Positions 14,555 through 35,068 of a DNA stretch of 64,000 nt are shown here, in pieces. Origin of the DNA: Lingula anatina (Eukaryota > Animalia > Brachiopoda); NCBI GenBank assembly GCA_051362555.1, contig CM120645.1, positions 22,072,001 through 22,136,000 of the forward strand. Reading direction: 5' to 3'. The first letter of the stretch is position 1. Each line of letters opens with the position of its first letter. Both the position numbers and the translations under genes were made by a program. The notes under the pieces are model-generated. The model made no database searches, was not told where the DNA came from, and was given only the letters and a program-made list of their open reading frames with translations.

Positions 14555-14957
14555 GTGTGGAAAACTGGTTTTATGTGGGTGATGTGATTGTGTTTGTGTC
14601 TGTGTGAGGTTTGCTCTTCATTTATGCTACTATAACTAGTGATTGGAACATTTGCTGAAAAGTGTCCGATGCCAGTGGCCTGATATGTGACCAAAAATAA
14701 AAAATAAATAAATAACACCATCTGAAAACAAATCACTTAGATTCAAAAGTGTAAGCAAACCTCGGTGGCGAAATGGACATGAATTATACGAAATAAGCTG
14801 ACAAGAATAGTTTCAAAGTAAGTGGCTCCCTGAGTCACGTCTGTGACGCAAATATTCTGTTTGATATTTGCATAATTCGAACTAACCTTGTACCCTATTA
14901 TTTTGCTTTTTTCTACTATTATGTTATCCAATACTGCAATGAATTATCATCCATTAA

Positions 14958-15200
14958 AGGTGATACAAAACAGTAAGAAATACTAGATACAATGTGTGCT
15001 TCACTGATGTCACTCACAGCTTCGCCGACTTCTGGAATTACCCATTAAATTGAGGCTTGGTGAATATATAGCAAACTTTAAAAAACAGGGACTAAATTTG
15101 AATTTAGAAATGGGTTCGTTAGCCATCGGTTAGTATGGGAAATTTGCTGTTTACTCCAGGAAAATTGATTTTTTAGCAAAAACGAACAGTTATTATCCCA
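14958..15200. mobile_element. TTAA-flanked non-autonomous element (same family as 33273-33907 and 57692-58025)
   Basis: TTAA on both sides. The end sequence (ttagccatcggttagtatgggaaattt...ccaggaaaattgattttt...cagttattatccc) matches the copy at 57948-58025 and the reverse complement of 33273-33390. Confidence 0.65.
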
Positions 15201-15624
15201 TTAACTGTCCATTACTGCCATTTGAATGGTAGCGGTTACCTTTCAAATACAATGTACATATACAATCTTTTTTTAGAAATGGTGTAAATGGTACTTTATA
15301 TTCAAGCGTATATAAGTTCATGGGCGATTTAAATAGGTTTGAAAAATATTCCATGTGGATTGTCATCATTTCGGCAACAAATATAAGTTATCGTATCAAA
15401 AGGGAATGTACACGAAAACTCCAGTAAATAATTATAATGGAAATTCCTTTGCTTGTGAAGAATAACACATGCCTTTGAAGATGTAGTAGTCAAGTTTAGA
15501 ATCAGGCTAAAACTTGTAGAGCCGTTGGATCTGTAGCCCAAATCTGAAAAAGAGCAATGCTTGTGTGTCTTGAATATGTCTTGCACTTAGCTTTATCTAA
15601 TTTTATTTTATTTTATGCACAATT

Positions 15625-15936
15625 CAGGTCTACCTAACTACCAGACTCGGCACCGAATGATCCTAAATTCACCGGTAGATCAAACCACACTACCCGTTTT
15701 CAAGGTGTGAGTCAGTACGCATTACACAGTATCATACCCTGAACAAATTTGGTGATGCAATGCTTTTCAAGCCCGCTGAGAATCGTCACTCTCACATCGC
15801 GTACTAGGCAAGAGCGGTGTCGCGTCTGATTCTGTGAAATGCGTACTGATACACACCTTGAAAACGGGTAGTGTGGTCCGAATTACCGGTGAATTCAGGA
15901 TCATTCGGTGCCGAGTCTTGTAGTTGGGTAGGCCTG
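15625..15936. mobile_element. foldback/MITE with about 105-bp terminal inverted repeats
   Basis: 15625-15729 (caggtctacctaactaccagactcggcaccgaatgatcct...aaggtgtgagtcagtacgcattacacag) is an imperfect reverse complement of 15832-15936. Confidence 0.8.
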
Positions 15937-16125
15937 CAATAATGTTTGCAGAAATGCCTTAATTAAGGTAATTGGTTAAGGTACTTTTGACCTTCCACTG
16001 AGTCAGTATGTGCTTGTCAAAAGTAACACCTGACATCACCGTGTCATTAACGATGTTTCTGTTTATGTACAGAGATAAAATGGTAGAGACCACTTTCGTT
16101 TAATATCCTTAAATGCAATTTAAAA

Positions 16126-16862
16126 CTAGTAATTAGTCAGTGTAATTTCACGAAATCGCTCAGAAACACTTACATCCCACCCCAGCGCCTCCACATACTT
16201 TCCATCAGAAACACTGCAGATTTCACAGATGCTTCCATCAGCTTTGTAGTTAAAGGCTGTGCATGAAGGTCCGGAGAGGCAAGATAGTGAGCAGTCAGTT
16301 CGTGAGACATTGGGCACTTCTTCCGTGATGTTGACCAAGCGCGTGTTGGATAATTTCCGGAAGTAGGCGCTCCTGCTTCTAGCTGCGCGCGTAGTTCCTA
16401 TACGCAAGGAAACTGAAAAAAAAAACTGTTGGATGCAAAATGCCCATGCTGGTAAAGAAAAGGTAGCAGGGGTACTTCTTGCTTGGCAGAAAAGCGTTGC
16501 TTCAATAAAACATAATGGGCAGTTAAATAATCTATGTTCGTTTCAATGTAACGAATTAGAGCCTACAGGTAAGTCGCTTTATGTGTCCTTTCTCCCTTTT
16601 TGCAAGTTGAGGCTTGAATCTATCTAGACAGAAGTGACGATCACATGGACAATGGATATCCGGAGAGGAAAATTGACACTGCAAGGTCGATAATTTCACG
16701 ACGAACTTTGAATAAACCCTCTCTAAATATCTTACTGAATATTGCATTGATAACTATTACAAGAATGTAACAAGGTCACTTTGCAGCACACTAGTACACA
16801 GTTATTTATGCCTACTTACCAAGAACACAAAGGGCTACCAGCCAGAGCATTTCCCACTTCAT
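16126..16862 (-). CDS. small secreted single PAN/apple-domain protein (about 109 aa)
   Basis: Exon 1 16862-16820 (MKWEMLWLVALCVL, donor GTAAGT, phase 1) plus exon 2 16412-16126 after a poly-T/CAG acceptor. Carries the PAN-type pattern SRTDCSLSCLSGPSCTAFNYKADGSICEIC...GWD. A GTAAGT right after GWD (16173) may indicate an extra short last exon. Confidence 0.75.
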
Positions 16863-18014
16863 TGCTGTGACTATAGTTTTACTTGTGTCCAAAAGTCAGC
16901 TTCCTCACTTTCATAGAAATGTTGCCTTGCTGACGTGAGCTAAAGGTTAATAAATTCAACAACAGCGAACACAATAACGCCTGTTTCTATGAAACAATTG
17001 GCGCCATTAACGACAGAACAAACAATCTCATTAATCACAGAAAACTATCTGGACTTTGTTTTATTTACACGATCAACGGTTCAGAAAAAAACTCATGACT
17101 TACGTTTAGCATTACGATTGTCATGAAGAAGTTGCTAAGGACGTTAACCATAGGCCTAAAGCTTGTCCTTAGTATTCATTAGTATCCTTTATTTCTGCAG
17201 ATGGCATCAATCAAATAAATAGACGATAAATTTGCAGAAATTACTTATAGATATGCACTTAATAAAATTATATATGATCAAACCACTAACCGACTGACAA
17301 GCGTAATAAATAAAGGTATAATTAATGTAACATTGTGGCTGTATGTTAACTACATGCCATTGTTTCACTTAATTAATTCACACCACAGAATATTATGGCT
17401 GAAGATCAATTCCACTAAACGCAACCAGGGCTTGGTAGTATTACAGTGACAACGTCCACCAAGACGTTTACATGCTGTCTCCTACTTTCCATTTAAATAT
17501 TATGGTCTCCATCGTCGTTTGACTTTGGATGCCATCTAAAACTCTCCCATTCTACAATCTGATATTCCATATTTCTTTATTAGGCAAGTGTTAGTTCACA
17601 TCTCCTAAAGTTAATTAACTAAATTATCATCTTCATTAGGTCATGTTTTAGTGTTCACTTGTATTTCATGTTATGGAAAATTACAAATGAATTTTATTTG
17701 ATTAAAATAGACCCAAAGCTCATACATGGCGTTGACATTTCCACTCTTACCTATACGAAAACTATCTTAATCAAAATTATTATTATAATTATTTTGTGTT
17801 GATCATTGATGCTATATGCAGGTTTCCTTATAAATGTGAGGTCATTATTTTTAAGAATACCTATCGACACATTTCTGGTATGGAAAATAATTACATACCG
17901 TTGGACAATAACATACTTCTGCCTAAGTGCTTGCTATCATTAGCCCAATACAGGTTGTCATGGAAGGTAAACACACAAGCAACAAGGGGTCAGTAAGTCG
18001 GCTGGGCCTGATAT

Positions 18015-18041
18015 GGATATAAAAAAGCTCCCCTGTCCTAC
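18015..18041 (+). promoter_or_regulatory. conserved TATA-containing core promoter of lectin gene A (also in B at 26241 and D at 50554)
   Basis: GGATATAAAAAAGCTCCCCTGTCCTAC; closely related blocks lie about 90-100 bp upstream of the ATG in three paralogs. Confidence 0.75.
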
Positions 18042-18108
18042 TTAGGTAGTAGACGGGTCCCACTGAATATATATCTGTATTAGTATATGGGTTCATCTTA
18101 TTTTCACA

Positions 18109-20222
18109 ATGCAGCTCATATATTTGGTCATAGATTTGTGGCTGATGTGTTCGTGTCAACTGACGTCAAGCTCTGCGGCATTTTCTTGCCCTGACCGTTA
18201 CGTATCTGTAGGATCATATTGTATGTACTACGATGGGAGCTACCTCTCATGGAACGATGCCCGTCACAGGTGTATGAGTGACGGGGCTCACTTGCCTGTG
18301 ATCGATACTGTGACCAAAAGAGATTTATTCATCAATTTTCTTAAAAGATATGGAAGTAAGTGACTTTTATATATTGTTTCAGTGTGTTATACATTGTACA
18401 AGTATAAACCAGTAAGGTCCTAGGAACAGTTTTTCTGCTATTGGGCTTGTTCTTTACACACACACACACATACACACTTACACACACGCCAGCGCGTGAT
18501 CATTCACGCACACATGCATACTAGACAGTGGGAAGCTCAAAAATCTGTTAAAATTGGTTATAGTCAGTTTTAAACCGCTGGGATGATGATGGATGAAATG
18601 TTCTGTTGTAATGACAGTATGATATCAATTTAATAAACGTTGTGTAATTGTCTTTCTGGAGGTCCGGCAGTTTGGTTGGATGGTAAGGACACCAATGGAA
18701 AAAATAACTGGATATGGTACTCGACCGGTGTCAGCATTGCCAGCTATATGTGGAAAAGTGGTCAACCAAACAACTATAACAATGTTCAGGAAGATTGTGC
18801 AATGTTATTTCACAAAGGCGTCGCTGTGAGTGATTACCCATGCGACCTCTCTTTGTATCTTGCATGTGAATATGACCCAGGTAAGTATTGTTATGTGCCG
18901 CATACTTAATAAGTGTGGGGAAGTCTTATCTGCACTTCTTTGCTAGTCTTAGGATGAAGTGGGTTAAAATGTCTCCGTCTTTGCAGCACCCACCATCCTT
19001 CGCATCAAGGAAGAAAAGATGAAATAACTATGCATTTTGCTGTACTTTTCGTAACTTGAAAGAACACTTATATGTTTTTTTTTTTTTTTTTTTTTTGGGG
19101 GGGGGAGGGGTTAAGGTGCGTGACAAAGCAAATGGTTATTGACCGCATGTCATAGTAAAACAAAGTTTACAGCTCAAATTGGTTGTGACATGCAATTGCG
19201 CATCATTTGTATTAATTTTTTAATGAAAAAACTCACTTTCAGTAAATGGAGTTTGGGGAGCCTGGGGATCATGGGGATCATGCAGTGTTACGTGCGGTTC
19301 TCAAGGTCTGAGGTCACGTACTCGTGTATGTGATAATCCAGCACCTGTTGGTGCCGGTAAACCCTGCCCTGGAGCTGACAGACAAACTGAGTTATGCTTC
19401 CCAGGACAGTGCCCTGGTGAGTGACTTGACTGCTATATCTAATCTGTATTATTTTGTTTGACAGAATCAGTGTGTTATTTAGGTCTCAATCATACACCAA
19501 AACTAGGTCACCTTAAAGACATACATGTAAATGATAACACGACTCACGCAGACACGCCAGCTCCCCAAACCGTGACCTTGGGAGTACATTGCTGTATGCC
19601 AGAATCATTCAATGATAATATACTATTCACTATCTCTTCATCAAATACAAAATTGTTTTATTTAAAATAAAATGAAAATTTTCAATTTGTAATAGTGTTC
19701 GTTTTTTGACATTCACGTTACAAAATAACATTTGTTTAAACCGTGCAGGTAAACATACACAACGGTAAACGGTGTTTTTACTAAATTATCTTTTGGTGTG
19801 ACATTTACATGACCTATATTTCCTTTATACATGTATGAGAAATTTTTACCCATCTTGTTTTACATTTGGTACACAGGTACCTTACAAACTGATATATACA
19901 TGTATATATACCGTACATTTTACATTGATCAATTTCCCTTTGTCGTGACATTCGCGGTTTACAGGTACGTGGCTTTCTTTTCCTTAATTTTTCATGGAAC
20001 TGCATGGACAACAGAAGCATATATCACTTTGCTTCCATTATAGTGGACGGAGCCTGGAGTGTCTGGACACACTGGTCAACATGCAGTAAAACCTGTGGTC
20101 AGGGCAACAGGACAAGACACAGGGCGTGTAATAGTCCACCTCCGACCAATGGTGGCAAGGACTGCCGAGGACAATTAGTTCAGGTCGAAACTTGCAAGGG
20201 TCAGCCGTGTCAAGGTATGTGT

Positions 20223-20259
<37 letters not shown>

Positions 20260-22717
20260 TATATATAGAAAACTATTAAGCAAGTCAGCTTTATTTGTCA
20301 GAATTACATGTAGATTACAATTTGGCTATATATATACGATTTGAAATATATGTCAAAGGCCCCAATCCAGATTTTATACAGATTATAGGAAAAATTCTGC
20401 CCATTAATATTTTGTTGATCTTTTGGGAAATGTCTGCATTTTCTGAAAGATATATTTCAGACCTTATTAGTATTAGTATTAGTATCCTAATGAATCGACT
20501 TTATCAGTGTTCAAACCTGGCATAGATTATGATGTAAATAAAAATATTATATTATAATTTTACGGAGTTTTTTTTTTATAGCTGTGCCTGCAAATAGAGC
20601 AAAGTTTTGCTATAAATTCGCACTTTTCTTTGTAATCTATCTTTCAGAAAATGCAGACATTTTCCCAAAAGATCAACAAAACATTAATGGGCAGAATTTT
20701 TCCTATAATCTGTATAAAATCTGGATAATCAAAATAACACACTAACAAATGGAGCCCATCTTTAATTTAACATATCTTTAGTAAATGTTACTAAATCAAT
20801 CTACAGATCTTTTCTTTAAACATTAAACATATTTTAAAGTATCATCCTCAGATGTATTTTACAAATCACAGGTAATGAAATACAACTATGTCTCATTTGT
20901 TAGTACCTGTAAGTATCATAATAAATATTATCTGCCTCGATCTGAGACATCCCCTGCACACGCCAAACAAACAAACTGGCAGCTTGGCCAATTAACTTGG
21001 TCAATTAACTTGCCCATTATGCTGTTAACAATGCAGAGACACCTTAAAGAATGGGCCCAGCCAGGGTGTAATCAACAGGGGGTCTAGGCTTTATATGCAT
21101 AGGACTAGATTTGATTGGGGCCTTTGACATATACATGACGTCAACCGTAAAACGTAAACTAGGTGTTTTGTGTTTTTTTGCTTTGTGTTTATTCGCTATA
21201 TAAGGCCGCATTCCCATAGACATCATCGGTATATATATCGTACATTGTACATTGATGAATTTCCCTTTATTGTGACACTCGCGGTTTACGTGGCTTTCCT
21301 TTTCCTTAATTGTTCATGGAACTGCATGGACAACAGAACCATATATCACTTTGCTTCCATTACAGTGGACGGAGCCTGGAGTGTCTGGACACACTGGTCA
21401 ACATGCAGTAAAACCTGTGGTCAGGGCAACAGGACAAGACACAGGGCGTGTAATAGTCCACCTCCATCCAATGGTGGCAAGGACTGTCCGGGACAATTAG
21501 TTGAGGTTGAAACATGCAAAGGTCAGCCTTGTCCAGGTATGTGTACAGTGTTTGTATTTTGATATACAGAAAATTACTTAAGCAAGTCAGCTTTATTTTT
21601 CAGAATTACATGTGGATTGCAATTTGGTTATATATGATTCGAAATATACAATACGTCAACTGTAAAATGAAAACTAGGGTGTTTTATGTATTTTGTTTTG
21701 TGTCCTTTCTGTTCTGTTTTCATTTTCTGATCATTTTAACCGTTTACAGCCAAACTCTGTCCTGATGGGTTCACTGAGGTCACTGACAGCTTGTGTCTGT
21801 ACATCTCCGACCCAAAGACAGAGGTATACAATTATTTCCTGTCCATGAAGGCGTGTACCTCGCTGTCTCCACTGTCTCACCTGATGACAGTAAAGAACAG
21901 ATACGAATACCAGAACATCGTCAGGTTCTTGTCTGCAGCTGCAGCATATTGGATAGGTAAATATTATTTACACAGTGAGGAATATGTAATGCCACATTCC
22001 CATACACATCATCGGTCAACGTAGATCGATCCAACTCTGCGGGGACTCTCGCTAAGTGCAATCAGCTTAAATGAACGACACGCATCCTGTTGTTCCAAAC
22101 TACTCGCTCAATCACCAGATTTTCTTTCTTTTTTCTTTCTTTAATCTGTTAAGCTGGCTGCACTCAGGGACATTTGGATCGACCTACGTAAGGCCGATTG
22201 TGTCTATGGAAATGGGACCTAAGAGTGCCAACGTATAAACGAATTGATAAAATTAAAAGCCTGTCAAAATAATCAACATACAGATATTTTTTATTATAAT
22301 AATAATAATATATTATATGACAAATATTAGTACTGCACCTCTGTTTTAAACTATATGCTCATGCGCACGTTATCCCGTCATCAGTTAGCTCAATGAACTT
22401 ATTCTATGATAATTTAATATTAAAATAACAATCCTTAGTGAGACGTACAATATAAAGCCAATATTATTGTCCTACCAGGTGATGATAGTGCAAGTACCAG
22501 CAATTCTTTGAACAATGGCGGCACCAAGCTGGGTGGTGGCGGTGGTGGTTACACCATCTGGGCAGCTGGATATCCGTCCGCGCGCTCCCTTACCGATTGC
22601 ATCGAATTAAGCGGGAAGAGTGGAGCGTTTCTGTGGAAAGGCGCCCCCTGCTGGGAAACTAGACCGTTCATTTGTGCACTTCGACCCAAAGATTCAGTTG
22701 CACCTTTAGTTGGTTAA
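18109..22717 (+). CDS. gene A: secreted C-type lectin / thrombospondin type 1 mosaic protein, SP-CTLD-TSP1x3-CTLD, about 475 aa
   Basis: Exons 18109-18355, 18662-18880, 19243-19416, 20044-20214, 21366-21536, 21750-21956, 22479-22717; all introns phase 1; 1428 nt in frame. CTLD1 has SWNDARHRC...GAHL, VWLDG, GQPNN, EDC, SDYPC. TSP1 repeats have WxxWxxWxxCSxTCG..RxRxRxC. CTLD2 has YWIG...WAAGYP...C...W...C...FIC. Confidence 0.88.
20351..21129. mobile_element. DNA transposon insertion with TGTCAAAGGCCCCAATC TIRs and TATA/TA target duplication, containing a nested foldback (20365-20726)
   Basis: TIRs at 20351 and 21113-21129, flanked by TATA. The paralogous empty site is in gene B (atttgacatatacatgacg, about 32831). 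Inner inverted repeats of about 88 bp lie at 20365-20452 and 20638-20726. Confidence 0.85.
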
Positions 22718-23353
22718 ATGGCAAAAGTGTCAACAATTTTTTTTTTTTTTGCTAAAATAAAATAAGATTTGCGATTGTAAGAAAAGAGTTTATATAGCCA
22801 ATTATAAAATTCGGAAATCATTTTCCTTTTGGAGCAAGTTTGATCATATACGGAATACAGTAATACAATAGAAGAATTGAGACTTTTGTTTAGAGATCAA
22901 ATTAAAATGTGTCACTGCACTCGGATGGAAGCTGTTTAAAAAGCTTTTACTGCCTTTAAAAGTTAGGAGTTTATTACTGCTTGTTAAAAACATAAAATGT
23001 GATGATGCTGGGTGAGAAGAGTCTTCCATGATGTTAACAGTTTTTTTCTCCATTCTGTCATTAATGGCTCATCATCAATCGCTTTGTTAAAAATACCTTT
23101 TTTTAAAACAAAACAACAACTGCCAAAATTGGAAACATGTCTTTGTTGTATATTTACTCTCGCTTTTTTCTCCCAATGCTCGCCGCTACTGTTGAAGTAT
23201 TACATGTAAACATGTTAAGATACTTGCTTTGACGACATGAAAAGTTATCTTTAATTTGCCTTTCTATGTCATTTTTAAACGTATCTATTAGTTCATGCCA
23301 GTTATTAACAGGTCCCTGTCTACGCCATAAAGACGTGCGACGTGCATCAATAA

Positions 23354-26019
23354 TAGTCCGGTGGCTTAAGAAAAAAATCGTGACACGGCGGATAAAAGCA
23401 CCAAATTTTGCATGTGGGTACCTTTTGACATTCTAAATCAAATTAGAGCCGTAGCCCACGGAAAAAAATTACCGTTTGGCCAAAAAAATCCAAAATGGCC
23501 GCCAATTTATTGAATTCTTTAGAAATATGTACATACCTATGTTGATTTTTATCAAATAAATTATTTTCTCAGAGGTTTCCACACCCTTATTACCCATTTC
23601 ATTCATATATATGTCAGATAGCAAACAAGTTCCCTTGGACTTTTTGAAAAATCCAAGATGGCTGTCATTTGCCATAGAAACAGCCATAGGAATACTAGTA
23701 CACAACTATTTCCAGCTAGAACGATACGTTGTCCACTATCAAATTAAGTCTGTTTCTCAGATCTTTGTTACCCACATAATATGTTTGTGGTGAGTAACTA
23801 CGAAGTGATCTTGGGCATTTTGGAAAATCCAAGATGGCGGCCATTTGCCACAGGAATTCTAGTATACGGGTGATTCAACTAAGGGCAACTGGTAAGATTA
23901 GTTTTTCACTATCAAATTAAGCTGGTTTCTGAGTGTTTTCCACATCCTTTCTACCCACACAATATGTATGTGGTGAGTCACTAACAGTATTCTTGGGCAT
24001 TTTGAGAAAATCCAAGATGGCCGTCATATATAATAGGAATACTTCTAGTATTACAAAGGGTTGGAACTAATGCCAGATAATTCACTATCAAATTCAGTTT
24101 ATTTTTTTTTTTTAGTGTTTTACACATTATTATTACACTGTGATACATATCTAGCAGGTAATAAATGTGCATATTTGATCATTTTGAGAAAACCCAAGAT
24201 GGCCGTCACTGGCCATAGGAATACTACTGGAATTACAACTGCACATCCATGGCTTTTCATCTACTACCAGGGTGAATTTGTGTTTGCTTATCAAGTTTTG
24301 CCCATCCTTATTAGTCCTATGATATATATCTGGTGGGTAAATAGTGTGCATCCTTGGATATTCTGAGAAAAAGATACCTACAATTTAACATAGGAGTACT
24401 AATGGGTGGGTTTTAATTGCTGCTAGAGAGGCATATGGTTCATTATACAATTACATTTCCATGGGTTTGTTTTAAAAATAATTTATGTTTTTCATTCCAT
24501 TTATTATTACCCCTATGATGTATACCTGGTCTGTAGCATGTGTGTATCTTTGGGTATTCTGAAAAAATTCAAGATGTCTGCCTTTTGTCATCAGAATATT
24601 CGAACACATAATCAAATAATGCTAGAGATACACTGAGTACGATTTAAATGTAGTGAACTTTGGGTCCTATTTATCCTTATGAAAGACTCTGTGTGTTTTG
24701 AAAGTGTATGTATCCTTGAGTATTATTCGGAGAAAACCCAAGATAGCTACCAGTTGTCATAGGAATATATCATTCAAATGCACATAGGTGTCAATTAACA
24801 GTTCAGACATTGATTCCAACATAAAATAAAGCCGTTTGATGTTTAAACATGTTGACATCCTTATTAACCTTTCTCTTTATAAATCTGGTGTGTAGCAAGT
24901 GTGCATCTTGCGTATTTGAGAAAATTCAAGATTGCTGCAATTCACAATAGGAATAGTACAGTCAACTACTGCCAGAGAAACATTGGGTTCAATATAAAAT
25001 GAATTTTTTTTCTCGGTATTTCCCACTTTCTTTTTGGACTTTTAGATATCTATCTGGTGGGTAACAAGTGTATACCCTTAAGTATTTTGAAAAAAATATC
25101 ATGATTACCCTCATTTGCCTTAGAAGTGCCTATAAAATCTAATGCACCAGTTTCCCTATGGGGAAAAGAAGGCCATCTTGGATTCCCCCAAAATGATAAA
25201 ATATGGACATTAATTACCTAACAGATATGTATCATGGGATAATAATAATACTAAAAAAACAGAATAACATCTGAATTCAGCTTCATTTTATTTGTAAGCC
25301 TATCTCTCGCAGGTATTAACTGAACCCCACCTTCTATGGCTAATGGCAGCCAATCTGTTTTGTTTTGTTTTCAAAAAGGCTACACATAACATTCTCATCA
25401 CATATGTTTTATGTTAATTAATAAGATGTGGAAAATACTCAGAAACAAACCTAATTTATCAATTAATATTATATCTCCATGGCAGAAGAAGCCCTATGTG
25501 TATGCTAGTATTCCTTTGATATGGGGGCCATCTTGGATTTTTCTCGAATTGCCTGTGAATAAAGGTTATAGTTACTCACCACAAATATATTATTTGTGTA
25601 ATAAGAAACAAAATTTATTAGATAGTGGGCAATGCATCTTCCTAGTTGGCATTAGTTAGTTGAAAACCCTTGTACATGTTCTAGTATTCCTATGCCATAC
25701 GGCGGCCATCTTGGATTTTTCAATACGTCCAAGGACACTAGTTTGTTATCTGACACATATGCATAATATGGGTAATAAGGATGTGGAAAACATTGAGAAA
25801 ATACTTAATTTGATAAAAATCAACATAGATATGTATATATTTCTTCAAAATTTCACAAATTGGCGGCCATTTTGGATTTTTTGGCAAACGGTAAATTTTT
25901 TCCGTGGGCTACGGCTCTAATTTGATTAAGTATGTCAAAAGGTACCTACATGCAAAATTTGGTGCTTTTATCCGCTGTGTCACGATTTGGCCATTTTTTT
26001 GCCCTAAGCAACCGGACTT
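23354..26019. mobile_element. 2.7-kb non-autonomous DNA transposon with over 300-bp TIRs and internal repeats of about 180 bp carrying CAAGATGGC(G/C)GCC-like motifs
   Basis: The left end tagtccggtggcttaag...gataaaagcaccaaattttgcatgt...attagagccgtagcccacggaaaaaa is an imperfect reverse complement of 25680-26019. TAA on both sides. No transposase ORF. The superfamily (Academ-like TAG ends or Harbinger-like TAA TSD) is unresolved. Confidence 0.88.
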
Positions 26020-26333
26020 TAATGCTGCTATTGATTCCATTTTCATATTAATGCGCGCATGACAATTATTGTTTTAAATTGGAATTGAAAAATGTTAACA
26101 ACTCGTTTGGCAATAATATTCCTCCCTTAATGCTCGTTATCATTAGTCTGAGATAGGTTTGTTTAAAATCTTATGACACTCAGTATAAAGTAAATAACCG
26201 AGTTACAAAGATCAGACAGACAGTCGGCTGGGTCAGATATGGATATAAAAAGCTCCCTTGCCCTAAATTAGACAGTAGACCTCCCACTGAATGTAGCTCT
26301 CTGCACCAGTATATGGTTTCTGTTATTTTCTCA

Positions 26334-34599
<8,266 letters not shown>

Positions 34600-35068
34600 A
34601 TGGCAAAAGTGTTAACGTTTTAATGGCTCATCACCAGTTGGTTTAAAAATATTTTCTTTACAGAAGAACAATCAAAACAAAATTGTTACACATTTAAATC
34701 TGCTCTATCTCTCTTTTTTAATCCCAATGGTCGCCGCTACCGTTTGCGTATTACGTGTTTACATGTTAAGAGGCTTGCCTTTAGTAGTTATCTTTAATTT
34801 ACCTTTGATGTCAATAAATGTTTCATTCTAAGTGCATAAATGTAGAATTGAACGTTTTACTTATTATGCAGTATATTTGCAAGTGCCGTTATGCGTGCGT
34901 GCGCGTGTACATACGTGTCACCCATGTATGGTAAAGAGTTGAAATATTGACGTGTGCAGTCGCTTCACAAATGTTTGTTTTCAATCAACGAAGCTTATGT
35001 TATCAAGAAGCGATTTATTTGAACTGATGGAACACACCAATGTCTAATGTCTTAATTATTTGCACTAA

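Noticed and set aside
19458-19670. ORF repeated at 31213-31407 as a conserved exon
   Set aside because: It is intronic sequence duplicated with the recent A/B homogenisation; it has no domain and no splice sites that fit the frame.
23469-25920. Similar ORFs on opposite strands (NMGNK.VE..EKI...NWRPFWIF)
   Set aside because: They are a by-product of the long terminal inverted repeats and contain no transposase motifs.
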